NCBI GenBank assembly: GCA_043800255.1
Contig: JAZDNF010000001.1
Span: forward strand, 160,001-224,000
Direction: 5' to 3'
DNA: 64,000 bases
Source of the DNA: Candidatus Altiarchaeota archaeon
GTDB taxonomy: Archaea; Altiarchaeota; Altiarchaeia; IMC4; SCGC-AAA252-I15
In this document: piece after piece, positions 39,364 to 49,270 of the stretch
Numbering within the stretch: the stretch's first letter is position 1
Layout: each line of letters opens with the position of its first letter
Program-made: the position numbers and the translations under genes
Notes under the pieces: generated by a model
Told to the model about the DNA's origin: nothing
The model's input: only the letters and a program-made list of their open reading frames with translations
Database searches by the model: none

Positions 39364-41238
39364 ATGTCAAAGATTATTGGAATAGACTTGGGAACATCAA
39401 ATTCAGCAGCGGCGGCGATGATAGGAGGCAAGCCGACCATCATACCCAGTGCTGAGGGCTTCAGCCTGGGCGGCAAGGCGTTCCCATCCTATGTCGCATT
39501 CACTAAGGACGGGCAGCGCCTCGTGGGCGAGCCGGCGAGAAGGCAGGCTGCCACGAACCCCGAGCGGACTATCACAGCCATCAAGAGGAAGATGGGCACA
39601 GACCACAAGGTGAAGATAGACAACAAACATTACACTCCGCAGGAGATATCCGCGATGATACTCCAGAAGATAAAAAAGGACTCTGAGGCCTTCCTGGGCG
39701 ATGAGGTCAAGCAGGCAGTCATCACCGTTCCAGCATACTTCAACGACAACCAGAGGACAGCAACCAAAGACGCCGGCAAGATAGCCGGCTTGGAGGTTCT
39801 CAGGATAATAAACGAGCCGACTGCAGCCGCGCTTGCCTACGGATTGGACAAGCAGGAGGAGCTTAAGATAGTCGTACTGGACCTGGGCGGCGGGACATTC
39901 GACGTGACCATAATGGAGATGGGCGACGCAGTCTTCGAGGTAATCTCGACTTCAGGCGACACCCAGCTCGGCGGGCGGGACATGGACGACCGGATTGTGG
40001 ACTACATAGCCAAAGAGTTCCAAGCCAGGGAGGGTGTGGACATCAGCAAGGACATGAAGGCCAGGGTGAGGGTGAACGAAGCCGCCGAGAAGGCTAAGAT
40101 AGAGCTTTCAACGACCCTTGAGACTGGCATAAACCTGCCGTTCATAACCTCCGAAGGAGGCGAGCCACGGCACCTTGACATGACGCTGACAAGGGCGAAG
40201 CTCGAGGAGCTTGTGCAGCCTGTGTTGGACAGGCTTGACAGGCCGATGAGAACCGCATTGTCCGACGCCAAGCTCACGCCGAAGGACGTTGACAAGATAA
40301 TTCTTGTTGGCGGTCCGACGAGGATGCCCATAGTCCAAGAAACCTTCAAGAGGTTCTTCGGCAGGACCCCTGAACGAAGCGTGGACCCGATGGAGTGCGT
40401 TGCGATGGGCGCTGCCATACAAGGCGGGGTTCTTGCAGGAGAGGTCAAGGACATCCTCCTGTTGGATGTCACTCCCCTCAGCCTGGGCATAGAGACGCTG
40501 GGAGGCGTCTTCACGAAATTGACAGAGCGGAACACTACCATCCCCCACAAGAAGAGCCAGATTTTTTCCACGGCAGCTGACAGCCAGACCAGCGTTGAAA
40601 TCCATGTGCTCCAGGGCGAGAGGCCTATGGCAGCCGACAACACCACATTGGGCAAATTCCACCTGGTCGGGATCCTACCGGTTCCCCGGGGAATACCCCA
40701 GATCGAGGTCACCTTCGACATAGACGCGAACGGGATAATGAACGTGTCGGCGAAAGACCTTGGGACAGGCAACGAGCAGAAGATAACCATCACAGCATCA
40801 ACCAAGCTGTCTGAGGATGACATAAACCGGATGGTAAGCGACGCCGAGAAGCATTCAGAGGAGGACAAGAAGCGGAAGGAGTCTGCGGAGGTCAGGAACA
40901 CCGCCGAGTCAATGGCGTATACTACAGAGAAGGCCATAAGCGATTTGGGCGACAAGCTTGACAAGGCCAGGAAGGAGGAGACCGAGAAGAAGCTCGCGGA
41001 GCTGAAGGAGGCCATGAAATCCGACGACGTCGGCAGGATAAAGAAGGCGTCCGATGAGCTTGGCAAGCAGTCTCAAGATTTGTTTGCGAAAGTCTACCAG
41101 GAGGCAACGCAGAAGTACCAGGCGGAGCAGGCTGGGAAGGAAAGGAAGGGGAGCGAAGGCGGTTCCGAGAAAAAAGACGACAACGTCGTCGACGCCGATT
41201 TTGAAGTAGTGGACGACGAGAAAGGCAAGAAGCAATAG
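39364..41238 (+). CDS. dnaK: Chaperone DnaK
   Basis: [24 protein letters not shown] and [10 protein letters not shown] motifs. Confidence 0.97.
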   Translation: MSKIIGIDLGTSNSAAAAMIGGKPTIIPSAEGFSLGGKAFPSYVAFTKDGQRLVGEPARRQAATNPERTITAIKRKMGTDHKVKIDNKHYTPQEISAMILQKIKKDSEAFLGDEVKQAVITVPAYFNDNQRTATKDAGKIAGLEVLRIINEPTAAALAYGLDKQEELKIVVLDLGGGTFDVTIMEMGDAVFEVISTSGDTQLGGRDMDDRIVDYIAKEFQAREGVDISKDMKARVRVNEAAEKAKIELSTTLETGINLPFITSEGGEPRHLDMTLTRAKLEELVQPVLDRLDRPMRTALSDAKLTPKDVDKIILVGGPTRMPIVQETFKRFFGRTPERSVDPMECVAMGAAIQGGVLAGEVKDILLLDVTPLSLGIETLGGVFTKLTERNTTIPHKKSQIFSTAADSQTSVEIHVLQGERPMAADNTTLGKFHLVGILPVPRGIPQIEVTFDIDANGIMNVSAKDLGTGNEQKITITASTKLSEDDINRMVSDAEKHSEEDKKRKESAEVRNTAESMAYTTEKAISDLGDKLDKARKEETEKKLAELKEAMKSDDVGRIKKASDELGKQSQDLFAKVYQEATQKYQAEQAGKERKGSEGGSEKKDDNVVDADFEVVDDEKGKKQ

Positions 41239-41241
41239 AAC

Positions 41242-42375
41242 ATGGCAGAGAAGCGGGACTATTACGATGTTCTAGGCGTGGGCAGAAGCGCGTCGCAGTC
41301 TGAGATAAAGAAGGCCTACCGGGGACTGGCGAAAAAGTACCATCCTGACGTGAGCAAGAGCCACGACGCAGAGGAGAAGTTCAAGGAGATGTCCGAGGCT
41401 TACGAGGTTCTGGCAGACGAGGGCAAGAGGCAGTTGTACGACCAGTACGGGCATGCTGGCGTGAGCGGCCAGTTCACCGGAGGCGGATTCAGCTGGGACG
41501 ACTTCACCCACTTCTCGGACATAGAGGACCTCTTCGGTGGCGAATTCTTCGGGAGGAACATATTCGACGTCTTCGTCGGAGGCAGGAGGCAGAGGCGGTC
41601 CGGTCCGCAGAGGGGCGCAGACCTGAGGCACGACCTTGAGACGACATTGGAAGATGCTGCTAGAGGGCTGAAGGCCGAGATTAGCATTCCGAGGCAGATG
41701 AAATGCGGCGCATGCAACGGCAGCGGCGCCGAGAAGGGCTCAAAGCCGAGGACATGCCCGAACTGCTCGGGAACCGGGCAGCAGAGGAGCGAGAGGAGAA
41801 CTCCTTTCGGATTCTTCTCGACCATAACTGCATGCGGCAAATGCAACGGCAGGGGGGAGTTCATAGAAAAGCCGTGCGAGGAGTGCAATGGCACTGGCAT
41901 AGTACAGCAGATGCAGAGGCTGTCTTTGAAGATTCCTGCCGGCGTGAACTCCGGCTCCCACTTGCGGGTTAGGGGGGAGGGTGATGCAGGCTTCAGAGGG
42001 GGGCCTCCAGGAGACCTCTACGTTGTCATAACCGTGAAACCCCACAATTTCTTCGTCAGGGATGGCGATGACCTTTACTGTGAGATTCCTCTGACGTTCT
42101 CGCAGGCTGCCATTGGGTCTGCAATCGATGTTCCAACCCTCACAGGAGAGGCCAAGCTTAAAATTCCAACCGGGACGCAGACTGGCACAGTCTTCAGGCT
42201 CAGGGGTGAGGGGATGCCCCGCCTGGGCGGCTCAAGCAAGGGAGATCAGATGTGCAGGGTCAGAGTCCAGACTCCCAAAAAGTTGTCTAAGAGGGAGAGG
42301 GAGCTCTTCGAGGAGCTTTCCGGCTTCGAGCGGAAGGAGGGGTTCTTCGACAGGGTGAGAAGCACGTTCAGCTGA
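41242..42375 (+). CDS. dnaJ: Chaperone DnaJ
   Basis: HPD J-domain; four CxxCxGxG repeats. Confidence 0.97.
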   Translation: MAEKRDYYDVLGVGRSASQSEIKKAYRGLAKKYHPDVSKSHDAEEKFKEMSEAYEVLADEGKRQLYDQYGHAGVSGQFTGGGFSWDDFTHFSDIEDLFGGEFFGRNIFDVFVGGRRQRRSGPQRGADLRHDLETTLEDAARGLKAEISIPRQMKCGACNGSGAEKGSKPRTCPNCSGTGQQRSERRTPFGFFSTITACGKCNGRGEFIEKPCEECNGTGIVQQMQRLSLKIPAGVNSGSHLRVRGEGDAGFRGGPPGDLYVVITVKPHNFFVRDGDDLYCEIPLTFSQAAIGSAIDVPTLTGEAKLKIPTGTQTGTVFRLRGEGMPRLGGSSKGDQMCRVRVQTPKKLSKRERELFEELSGFERKEGFFDRVRSTFS

Positions 42376-42468
42376 ATTTATCCTATCTCTCATGCAACAG
42401 CCGAATCTGGCAGTCAACTTACATTAATAAGTAGGAGAATTTTTATGCTCTCCTGCATATTATAGAAT

Positions 42469-43029
42469 ATGGCGTTGCCGCTTCTCACCGATATCGGGAA
42501 AATCAGGCGGGAGCTGGGCATCACCCAGACCGAGCTGGCCAAGAAGGCGAAGGTCTCACAGTCTCTGATAGCGAGGATAGAGGCTGGCACGGTCGACCCC
42601 CGCTACAGCAACGTGGTCTCAATCCTGCAGGCGTTCGACGAGCTTAAGGTGAAAGAGGTCACAGCTGACAGTATAATGACCAAAGGCTGCATCAGCATAG
42701 AGGCTGACAAGACCATGGGCGCCGTTGCCAGGAAGATGAAGAACAACGGCGTCTCCCAGATGCCTGTCTTCGATGGCAACATGATTGTGGGCGCGGTTTC
42801 GGAGAAGACCGTGCTGGAGCCGATTGCCAGGGGAGGAGACCTTAAGAAAATATCCTCCGATCCGGTTAGAGAGCACATGGAGGCCGCATTTCCGACCATC
42901 AGCCCAGACACGCCGTTGAGCGTTATCTCAACCATATTAGAGCACAATACTGCGGTCATAGTCATGGACAAGGGCAGATTATCCGGCATAATAACGAAAG
43001 CAGACCTGCTGAAGTTCGTGCACGGCTGA
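42469..43029 (+). CDS. HTH-CBS transcriptional regulator (COG3620-like)
   Basis: LGITQTELA..VSQSLIARIE HTH followed by two CBS domains. Confidence 0.88.
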   Translation: MALPLLTDIGKIRRELGITQTELAKKAKVSQSLIARIEAGTVDPRYSNVVSILQAFDELKVKEVTADSIMTKGCISIEADKTMGAVARKMKNNGVSQMPVFDGNMIVGAVSEKTVLEPIARGGDLKKISSDPVREHMEAAFPTISPDTPLSVISTILEHNTAVIVMDKGRLSGIITKADLLKFVHG

Positions 43030-43064
43030 AGCTTTATATTAGGCTATTACCATTGTTTTCTATC

Positions 43065-44321
43065 ATGGGCACCCTCTCTGAGAAGATAATAGGAGCGCAT
43101 GTCGGTAGAAAAGTCACTGCTGGGGAGATAGTAGTAACTAACGTTGACATCACGGCATTGCAGGACACTACCGGGCCTCTTACTGTCAGAAAGTTTTACG
43201 AGATGGGCTTCTCCTCTGTGAAGAATCCTGCGAAGTCTTTCATATTCTTGGACCACTGCGCTCCCTCTCCCTCGAAGGAGCAGGCTAACGACCACAAGCT
43301 GCTGAGGGAGTTCGCCCGCAAGACAGGAGTTAGAATGCACAGGATAGGGGAGGGCGTCATCCACCAGATACTCTTGGAACGTTATGTCTCGCCTGGCGAA
43401 ATCCTGGTCGGCTCCGACAGCCACACCTGCACTGGCGGGGCTATCGGGGCGTTCTCAACAGGCATGGGCTCGACTGACGTTGCAGTTGCTATGGCGTTGG
43501 GCATGACCTGGCTTAAAGTTCCGGATTCACTGGGTTTCGAAGTCAGCGGAAAGTTCAAGAAGGGAGTTTACCCAAAGGATCTGATACTTGACATCGTCGG
43601 CATGCTGGGAGCTGACGGCGCGACCTATAAGGCGATGGAGTTCTCTGGCGAAACTATAAAGAAGATGGAAGTCGGCGACAGGGCTACCTTGGCGAACATG
43701 GCAGTTGAAGCTGGCGCGAAGACCGGCTTGTTCCCCTCAGATGGGAACACGAAAAAATTCCTGAAGGACAACGACAGGGGAAAGGACTATATTGAGTTGA
43801 AGCCGGATTCTGATGCCAGCTATGAGAAAGTTTACAAGGTAAACGTTGACGAGCTCAAGCCTGTCGTGTCGCTGCCGCACACGGTAGACAACGTCCGCCC
43901 GATAGACCACGAGGACTGCGCCAACATCTCAGTCGATCAGGTTTTCATCGGCAGCTGCACCGACGGCAGGCTGGAGGACCTCCATGTTGCTGCTTCCATC
44001 CTGAAGGACAAGATGGTGGCAGACAGCGTCCGCCTTATCGTGGTGCCAGCATCGGAGAAAGTCTACCTTGATGCTATCCGCGATGGAACGCTCGAAATTC
44101 TTGTGGAAGCTGGAGCCGCTGTCCAGAATCCAGGCTGCGGGCCCTGCCTTGGAATCCACCAGGGCGCATTGGCTGACGGCGAAGTCTGCGTTTCCACTTC
44201 TAACAGGAACTTCAAGGGGAGGATGGGTAATCCAGAGGCGTCAATAATACTTGCCAGTCCTGCGACCGCGGCTGCATCAGCTTTAACCGGGAAACTGACA
44301 GACCCGAGGGATTACCTATGA
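43065..44321 (+). CDS. LeuC/HacA-type dehydratase large subunit (aconitase family)
   Basis: GSDSHTCT, FIGSCTDGR, PGCGPCLG and NRNFKGRMG motifs; substrate uncertain. Confidence 0.9.
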   Translation: MGTLSEKIIGAHVGRKVTAGEIVVTNVDITALQDTTGPLTVRKFYEMGFSSVKNPAKSFIFLDHCAPSPSKEQANDHKLLREFARKTGVRMHRIGEGVIHQILLERYVSPGEILVGSDSHTCTGGAIGAFSTGMGSTDVAVAMALGMTWLKVPDSLGFEVSGKFKKGVYPKDLILDIVGMLGADGATYKAMEFSGETIKKMEVGDRATLANMAVEAGAKTGLFPSDGNTKKFLKDNDRGKDYIELKPDSDASYEKVYKVNVDELKPVVSLPHTVDNVRPIDHEDCANISVDQVFIGSCTDGRLEDLHVAASILKDKMVADSVRLIVVPASEKVYLDAIRDGTLEILVEAGAAVQNPGCGPCLGIHQGALADGEVCVSTSNRNFKGRMGNPEASIILASPATAAASALTGKLTDPRDYL

Positions 44322-44815
44322 AATTGAAGGGAAGAGCGCACAAATTCGGCGACTCCATAAGCACTGACCTTATCACGCCGGGCAGGTACGCGAAGCTTAG
44401 GAGCAATCTGCCTGAGCTTGCCAAGCACACTTTGGAGGATGCTGACACTGATTTCGTTAAAAAGGTGAAGAGGGGCGACTTCGTGGTCGGAGGTAAAAAT
44501 TTCGGCCTTGGAAGCTCCAGAGAACATGCTGCCATCGTCATCAAATTGTGCGGCGTCTCCGCTGTGCTGGCCGAATCTTTCGCAAGAATATTCTACCGGA
44601 ATTGCATCAACGTGGGCCTGCCTGCGATAGAGGTTGACACTTCCAGCATAGAAGCCGGAGACGAGCTTGAAGTCGACCTCGGGAAGGGCACAGTCAGGAA
44701 CCTCTCCAAGAAGTCCGAGCTGAAATTCCACTCCATGCCGTCCATCATGACCGACATCCTCAAAGAGGGCGGCCTAGTCGAATACATCCAAAAGAACAAA
44801 AAACTCAAACTTTAG
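44318..44815 (+). CDS. LeuD/HacB-type dehydratase small subunit
   Basis: [19 protein letters not shown] and SFARIFYRN motifs. Confidence 0.9.
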   Translation: MKLKGRAHKFGDSISTDLITPGRYAKLRSNLPELAKHTLEDADTDFVKKVKRGDFVVGGKNFGLGSSREHAAIVIKLCGVSAVLAESFARIFYRNCINVGLPAIEVDTSSIEAGDELEVDLGKGTVRNLSKKSELKFHSMPSIMTDILKEGGLVEYIQKNKKLKL

Positions 44816-44858
44816 CGCCTATCCTGATTTTAATCTTTTGTATCCTAATATTCTCTTT

Positions 44859-45932
44859 ATGCACAGAGTCACTCTAATACCTGGCGATGGGGTTGGGCCT
44901 GAGATTGCGGAGGCTGCTAGGAGGTGTATTGAGGCTACTGGGGTTAAGATAGGTTGGGATGTTGTGGAGGCTGGCGCCGATGTTGTGCAGGAGTATGGGA
45001 CTCCGTTGCCTGAGCATGTTCTCAAGTCGATACGGAAGAATACGGTTGCTTTGAAGGGTCCTATCACGACGCCATTGGGCGGCGGGTTCAGGAGCGTTAA
45101 CGTCGCATTGCGGAAGGAGCTTGACTTGTATGCATGCGTGCGGCCGTGCAAGTACTATGAGGGTGTCAGGTCTAAGTATCCTGGAGTCAACATTGTCGTA
45201 GTGAGGGAGAATACTGAAGACCTCTATGCTGGAATCGAGTTTGAACAGGGTAAGAAGGAGACTAAGGATATCATTGAGGCTGTGAAAAGGCTGTCTGGCG
45301 CTGTCATAAAGTCCGACTCCGGCATCAGCATAAAGCCTATCTCCATCTCAGGCACGGAGAGGATTGTGAGATTCGCATTCGAGTATGCAGTAAAGAACAA
45401 CCGGGAGAAGGTAACGGCTGTGACAAAATCGAACATCATGAAATATTCTGATGGCCTCTTCATGAGAGTCGCTGAGGAGGTGTCGAAAAAGTACGAGCTC
45501 GGGTACGAGCACATGCTCGTTGACAACATGTGCATGCAGCTGGTGCAGAAGCCTGAGCTCTATGATGTCCTGGTGCTGCCTAACCTTTATGGTGACATAA
45601 TCTCAGACCTGTGCGCCGGCCTCGTCGGAGGCTTAGGCGTCGCCCCAGGCGCGAACATAGGAGAAAAGTACGCTGTGTTCGAGCCAACCCACGGGAGCGC
45701 CCCAAAATATAAGGGCCAGAACAGGGTGAACCCGACCGCTATGATACTGTCAGGCGCCATGATGCTGAGGCATGTCGGGGAGGAGACGGCAGGGAACAGG
45801 CTAGAGAATGCAGTCGCTGAGGTGCTGAAGGAAGGTAAGAAGGTAACCTATGACCTGAAGCCGGACAGGGACGATCCCAAGGCCGCGAAAACCTCGGAGA
45901 TGGCTGACGAAATAATACGGAAACTCAAATAG
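44859..45932 (+). CDS. Isocitrate/isopropylmalate dehydrogenase family protein, probably isocitrate dehydrogenase
   Basis: [34 protein letters not shown] and FEPTHGSAP motifs. Confidence 0.85.
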   Translation: MHRVTLIPGDGVGPEIAEAARRCIEATGVKIGWDVVEAGADVVQEYGTPLPEHVLKSIRKNTVALKGPITTPLGGGFRSVNVALRKELDLYACVRPCKYYEGVRSKYPGVNIVVVRENTEDLYAGIEFEQGKKETKDIIEAVKRLSGAVIKSDSGISIKPISISGTERIVRFAFEYAVKNNREKVTAVTKSNIMKYSDGLFMRVAEEVSKKYELGYEHMLVDNMCMQLVQKPELYDVLVLPNLYGDIISDLCAGLVGGLGVAPGANIGEKYAVFEPTHGSAPKYKGQNRVNPTAMILSGAMMLRHVGEETAGNRLENAVAEVLKEGKKVTYDLKPDRDDPKAAKTSEMADEIIRKLK

Positions 45933-45974
45933 TTCGGACTTTTTATTCTAACCGTCCATTAGTTATGGATTAGG

Positions 45975-47213
45975 ATGGCTAAACCGATAATACGGATTAT
46001 CGACGTCACGAACAGGGACGGGGTGCAGACTTCCAGGCTAGGTTTGGCGAAGCTGCAGAAGACTATGACAAACCTGTTCCTGAACGAGATGGGCGTCTTC
46101 CAGAGCGAGTTCGGCTTCCCCTTGACACGCCATGAGACCAACTATCTGAACGCTAACCTTGAATTGGCCAGAAAAGGCGTTCTGAAGCCCATACTTCTGA
46201 GCGGGTGGATCAGGGCGATAACCGCGGACGTGAAGAAGACTTTTGAGATGGTGCCGGAGATCAAAAACCTTAACCTCAGCATCTCGACATCCGACCAGAT
46301 GATACAGGGAAAATTCAAAGGAAAATACACGCGGAAGGATATTGTGGACATGATGACTGAGGCGGTTGACAAGGCATATGAGCTGGGAGCCAAGAGGGTC
46401 GGTGTGAACGCTGAAGACGCGTCAAGAACCGAGATGAAGTACCTAGTAAAGTTCGCCGAAGCCGCGAAGGAGCGCGGCGCCAAAACCCTGAGATACTGTG
46501 ACACACTGGGATACGATGACCCGTTCACAGCCTACGACAGAATCAGAGCGCTTGTGAAGAACGTCAAAATCCCGATTGAGATGCACTGCCACAACGACTT
46601 AGGCATGGCCGTTGCCTGCTCTGTCGCAGGAGCCAAGGCAGCAGTAGACGGGGGAGTTGACGCTTACATAAACACCACAGTGAACGGCATGGGGGAGCGG
46701 GCAGGCAACGCCGACCTGGTTTCAATAATACTGGCACTGAAAAAATCCAGCGGCTTTGAAGGAAAATACACGCTGGACCCGAACACGAAACTCAACGTCG
46801 CATGGAAGATTGCGAAATACGGGTCATACGCTTTCGATGTGCCTATACCCATGAACCAGCCTGCAGTCGGAGCCAACGCGTTCGCGCACGAGTCAGGCAT
46901 CCACGCTGACGGAGCGCTCAAAGACTGGAGGAACTACGAGCTGTACAGTTATGAGGAGCTTGGCAGAGGCGAGCCTGAGATAATAGAGACCGGTAGGATG
47001 ATAACCGCTGGAGAATACAGCGGAATCAAGGGCTTCAGGAATGTGGCAGGAAACCTTGAGATAAAGTTCAAAAACGACGATGATGCTAAGAAGATACTGG
47101 AACTCGTGAGGTACGCGAACGTCCACACGCAGAAGCCTCTGACAGAGGACGAGCTGAGGTTCATATCAAAGTATCCTGAGGAAGCTCAGAAGATACTGAC
47201 GGTAACGCCCTAA
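45975..47213 (+). CDS. DRE-TIM metallolyase (homocitrate/Re-citrate synthase-like)
   Basis: DVTNRDGVQ, HCHNDLG, GMGERAGNA and AHESGIH motifs; no LeuA regulatory domain. Confidence 0.8.
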   Translation: MAKPIIRIIDVTNRDGVQTSRLGLAKLQKTMTNLFLNEMGVFQSEFGFPLTRHETNYLNANLELARKGVLKPILLSGWIRAITADVKKTFEMVPEIKNLNLSISTSDQMIQGKFKGKYTRKDIVDMMTEAVDKAYELGAKRVGVNAEDASRTEMKYLVKFAEAAKERGAKTLRYCDTLGYDDPFTAYDRIRALVKNVKIPIEMHCHNDLGMAVACSVAGAKAAVDGGVDAYINTTVNGMGERAGNADLVSIILALKKSSGFEGKYTLDPNTKLNVAWKIAKYGSYAFDVPIPMNQPAVGANAFAHESGIHADGALKDWRNYELYSYEELGRGEPEIIETGRMITAGEYSGIKGFRNVAGNLEIKFKNDDDAKKILELVRYANVHTQKPLTEDELRFISKYPEEAQKILTVTP

Positions 47214-47269
47214 ACGGAGCGGATGCTACGTATTTATAGTGTCAGTGAGATTAGTAAAATCTAGGTGAT

Positions 47270-48340
47270 GTGATGCCGTCTAAGATGCTTTTTATCCCAG
47301 GCCCGGTTGACGTAAGCCCTGATGTGGCTGCCAAGATGTCCGAGCCTATGATAGGCCACAGGGGCAAAGGCTATTCTGACCTTCACGGCTCATGCGTTGC
47401 CAGCCTGAAGAAGCTGATGAAGACCGAGAACGAGGTCTTCCTGTCAGCGACGTCAAGCACCGGCTGGATGGAAGCCGCAGTAAGGAATTGCATTTCTAAA
47501 AAGGCACTGCACGTCGTCAACGGCGCCTTCAGCAAAAGGTGGGCTGAAATCTCGCCAGCATGCGAGAAAAAATCAGACATAATCGACATAAGCTGGGGCA
47601 GCGCAGCGAAGCCTGATGATGTCGAAGACAAGCTCAACAGCGGCGAATATGACACGCTCTTCATAACACACAATGAGACCAGCACAGGCGTTATGACGCC
47701 CTTGGACGGTTTCGGCAGACTATGCAAGGACAACAACGTAATCTTCTGCGTTGACGCTGTCAGCAGCATGGCCGGCGTTGACATACCGGTCGACAAACTC
47801 GGCATAGACGTCCTGGTGACCGGCACCCAGAAGTGCTTCGCAGTCGCTCCGGGGCTGGCGATGACCTCTGTAAGCAGCAGAGCGCTTGAGAGGTCGAAGA
47901 GTGCGAAAGACAAGGGATACTATTTCGACTATCAGGTGTACCTGAAGAATCAGGCTAAAAATCACACCCCCTCAACGCCTCCGATACCTCAGATTAACGC
48001 CTTAGATTACCAGCTCAAAAAAATATTCGAGAAGGAAGGCCTTGAGAACAGGTTCACGAGGCATGCTGAGATGGCATCCTACACTCGGAAGTGGGCTGAA
48101 AAGAATTTCCAGCTTTTCCCCGAGAGATGGTGCCTCTCCGACACCGTAACCTGCATCAAGAACACAAAGAGCTCGGACCTTGAGGACCTGAAGACGAAGC
48201 TTTCCGGCAGGGGTTACGTGTTCTCGAACGGCTACGGCAAATTGAAGGGCGAGACCTTCAGGATAGCGCACATGGGCGACAGAAAAATCGAAGAGCTTAA
48301 AAAATACCTGAAAACGATAGACGAACTGTTGGGATTGTGA
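47270..48340 (+). CDS. Class V PLP aminotransferase (probable phosphoserine aminotransferase)
   Basis: FIPGP, HNETSTG, DAVSS, TGTQK and FRIAHMG motifs; adjacent to serA. Confidence 0.85.
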   Translation: MMPSKMLFIPGPVDVSPDVAAKMSEPMIGHRGKGYSDLHGSCVASLKKLMKTENEVFLSATSSTGWMEAAVRNCISKKALHVVNGAFSKRWAEISPACEKKSDIIDISWGSAAKPDDVEDKLNSGEYDTLFITHNETSTGVMTPLDGFGRLCKDNNVIFCVDAVSSMAGVDIPVDKLGIDVLVTGTQKCFAVAPGLAMTSVSSRALERSKSAKDKGYYFDYQVYLKNQAKNHTPSTPPIPQINALDYQLKKIFEKEGLENRFTRHAEMASYTRKWAEKNFQLFPERWCLSDTVTCIKNTKSSDLEDLKTKLSGRGYVFSNGYGKLKGETFRIAHMGDRKIEELKKYLKTIDELLGL

Positions 48341-48342
48341 AC

Positions 48343-49254
48343 ATGAAAGCTAAGATACTGATAGCGGACAAGATACATGAGACTGCGGTGAAGGAGGCCG
48401 GGAAGTTCGCGGAAGTCGACTGCCAGTTCGACATCACTCCCGAAGAGCTTCTCAAGAAGATATCAAAATATGACGCCATCATAGTGAGGAGCAGGACCAA
48501 GGTGACTGCCGAAGTCATCAAGGCCTCCAAATTGAAGGTCATAGGCAGGGCCGGCGTCGGCTTGGACAACATTGACGTCAAGGCTGCCAAGGCGAAGGGC
48601 ATTGAGATCGTCAACTCCCCCGAAGCGTCGACCATAGCAGTTGCAGAGCACACGATTGCCCTGATGCTTTCGATAATGCGCAGGATACCGCACGCCCACC
48701 AGTCGATGCAGGCCGGCAAGTGGGAGCGCAAGAAGTTCATGGGCAACGAACTCTACAACAGGACGTTGGGCGTCATAGGGTTCGGCAGAATCGGAAGGGA
48801 AGTGGCGATGAGAGCCTATGCATTCGGCATGAGTATACTGGCCTACGATCCTAATATCACCCATGAGGATGCGAGAGAGTACAATGTGAAGCTCGTCGAA
48901 CTGGACGAGTTGCTGAGGAAATCTGACATAATCACCCTCCACGTTCCAGCTGTTGAGAGCACCATAGGATTAATCAACACTACCCGTTTGAAGCTGATGA
49001 AAAAGTCGGCAATACTCGTAAACGCGTCAAGGGGGGCTGTAGTGGACGAGAAAGCCCTCGCCGACGCGCTCAAAAATGGCGTAATAGCTGGCGCGGCCTT
49101 GGACGTGTACCAGAAGGAGCCGCCTGAGGGAAGCCCACTCATAGGATTGGACAATGTTGTACTCGTTCCTCACATCGGGGCGTCAACAGACGAGGCCCAG
49201 AGGAACGCCGGCCAGGTCGTAGTCGACAAAATAAAAAATATTCTCCTAAAATAG
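48343..49254 (+). CDS. serA: D-3-phosphoglycerate dehydrogenase (short form, no ACT domain)
   Basis: RAGVGLDNID, GFGRIG, NASRG, ALDVY..EP and PHIGAST motifs. Confidence 0.85.
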   Translation: MKAKILIADKIHETAVKEAGKFAEVDCQFDITPEELLKKISKYDAIIVRSRTKVTAEVIKASKLKVIGRAGVGLDNIDVKAAKAKGIEIVNSPEASTIAVAEHTIALMLSIMRRIPHAHQSMQAGKWERKKFMGNELYNRTLGVIGFGRIGREVAMRAYAFGMSILAYDPNITHEDAREYNVKLVELDELLRKSDIITLHVPAVESTIGLINTTRLKLMKKSAILVNASRGAVVDEKALADALKNGVIAGAALDVYQKEPPEGSPLIGLDNVVLVPHIGASTDEAQRNAGQVVVDKIKNILLK

Positions 49255-49270
49255 ATGGGAGGCGGCGTGG

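Noticed and set aside
40002-41066. Long antisense ORFs opposite dnaK (also opposite gatE, 17519-18424)
   Set aside because: Expected antisense shadows of codon-biased genes; the translations are Ser-rich and motif-free.
38793-42375. Bacterial-type grpE-dnaK-dnaJ in an archaeon as a novelty
   Set aside because: Well established in many mesophilic archaea.
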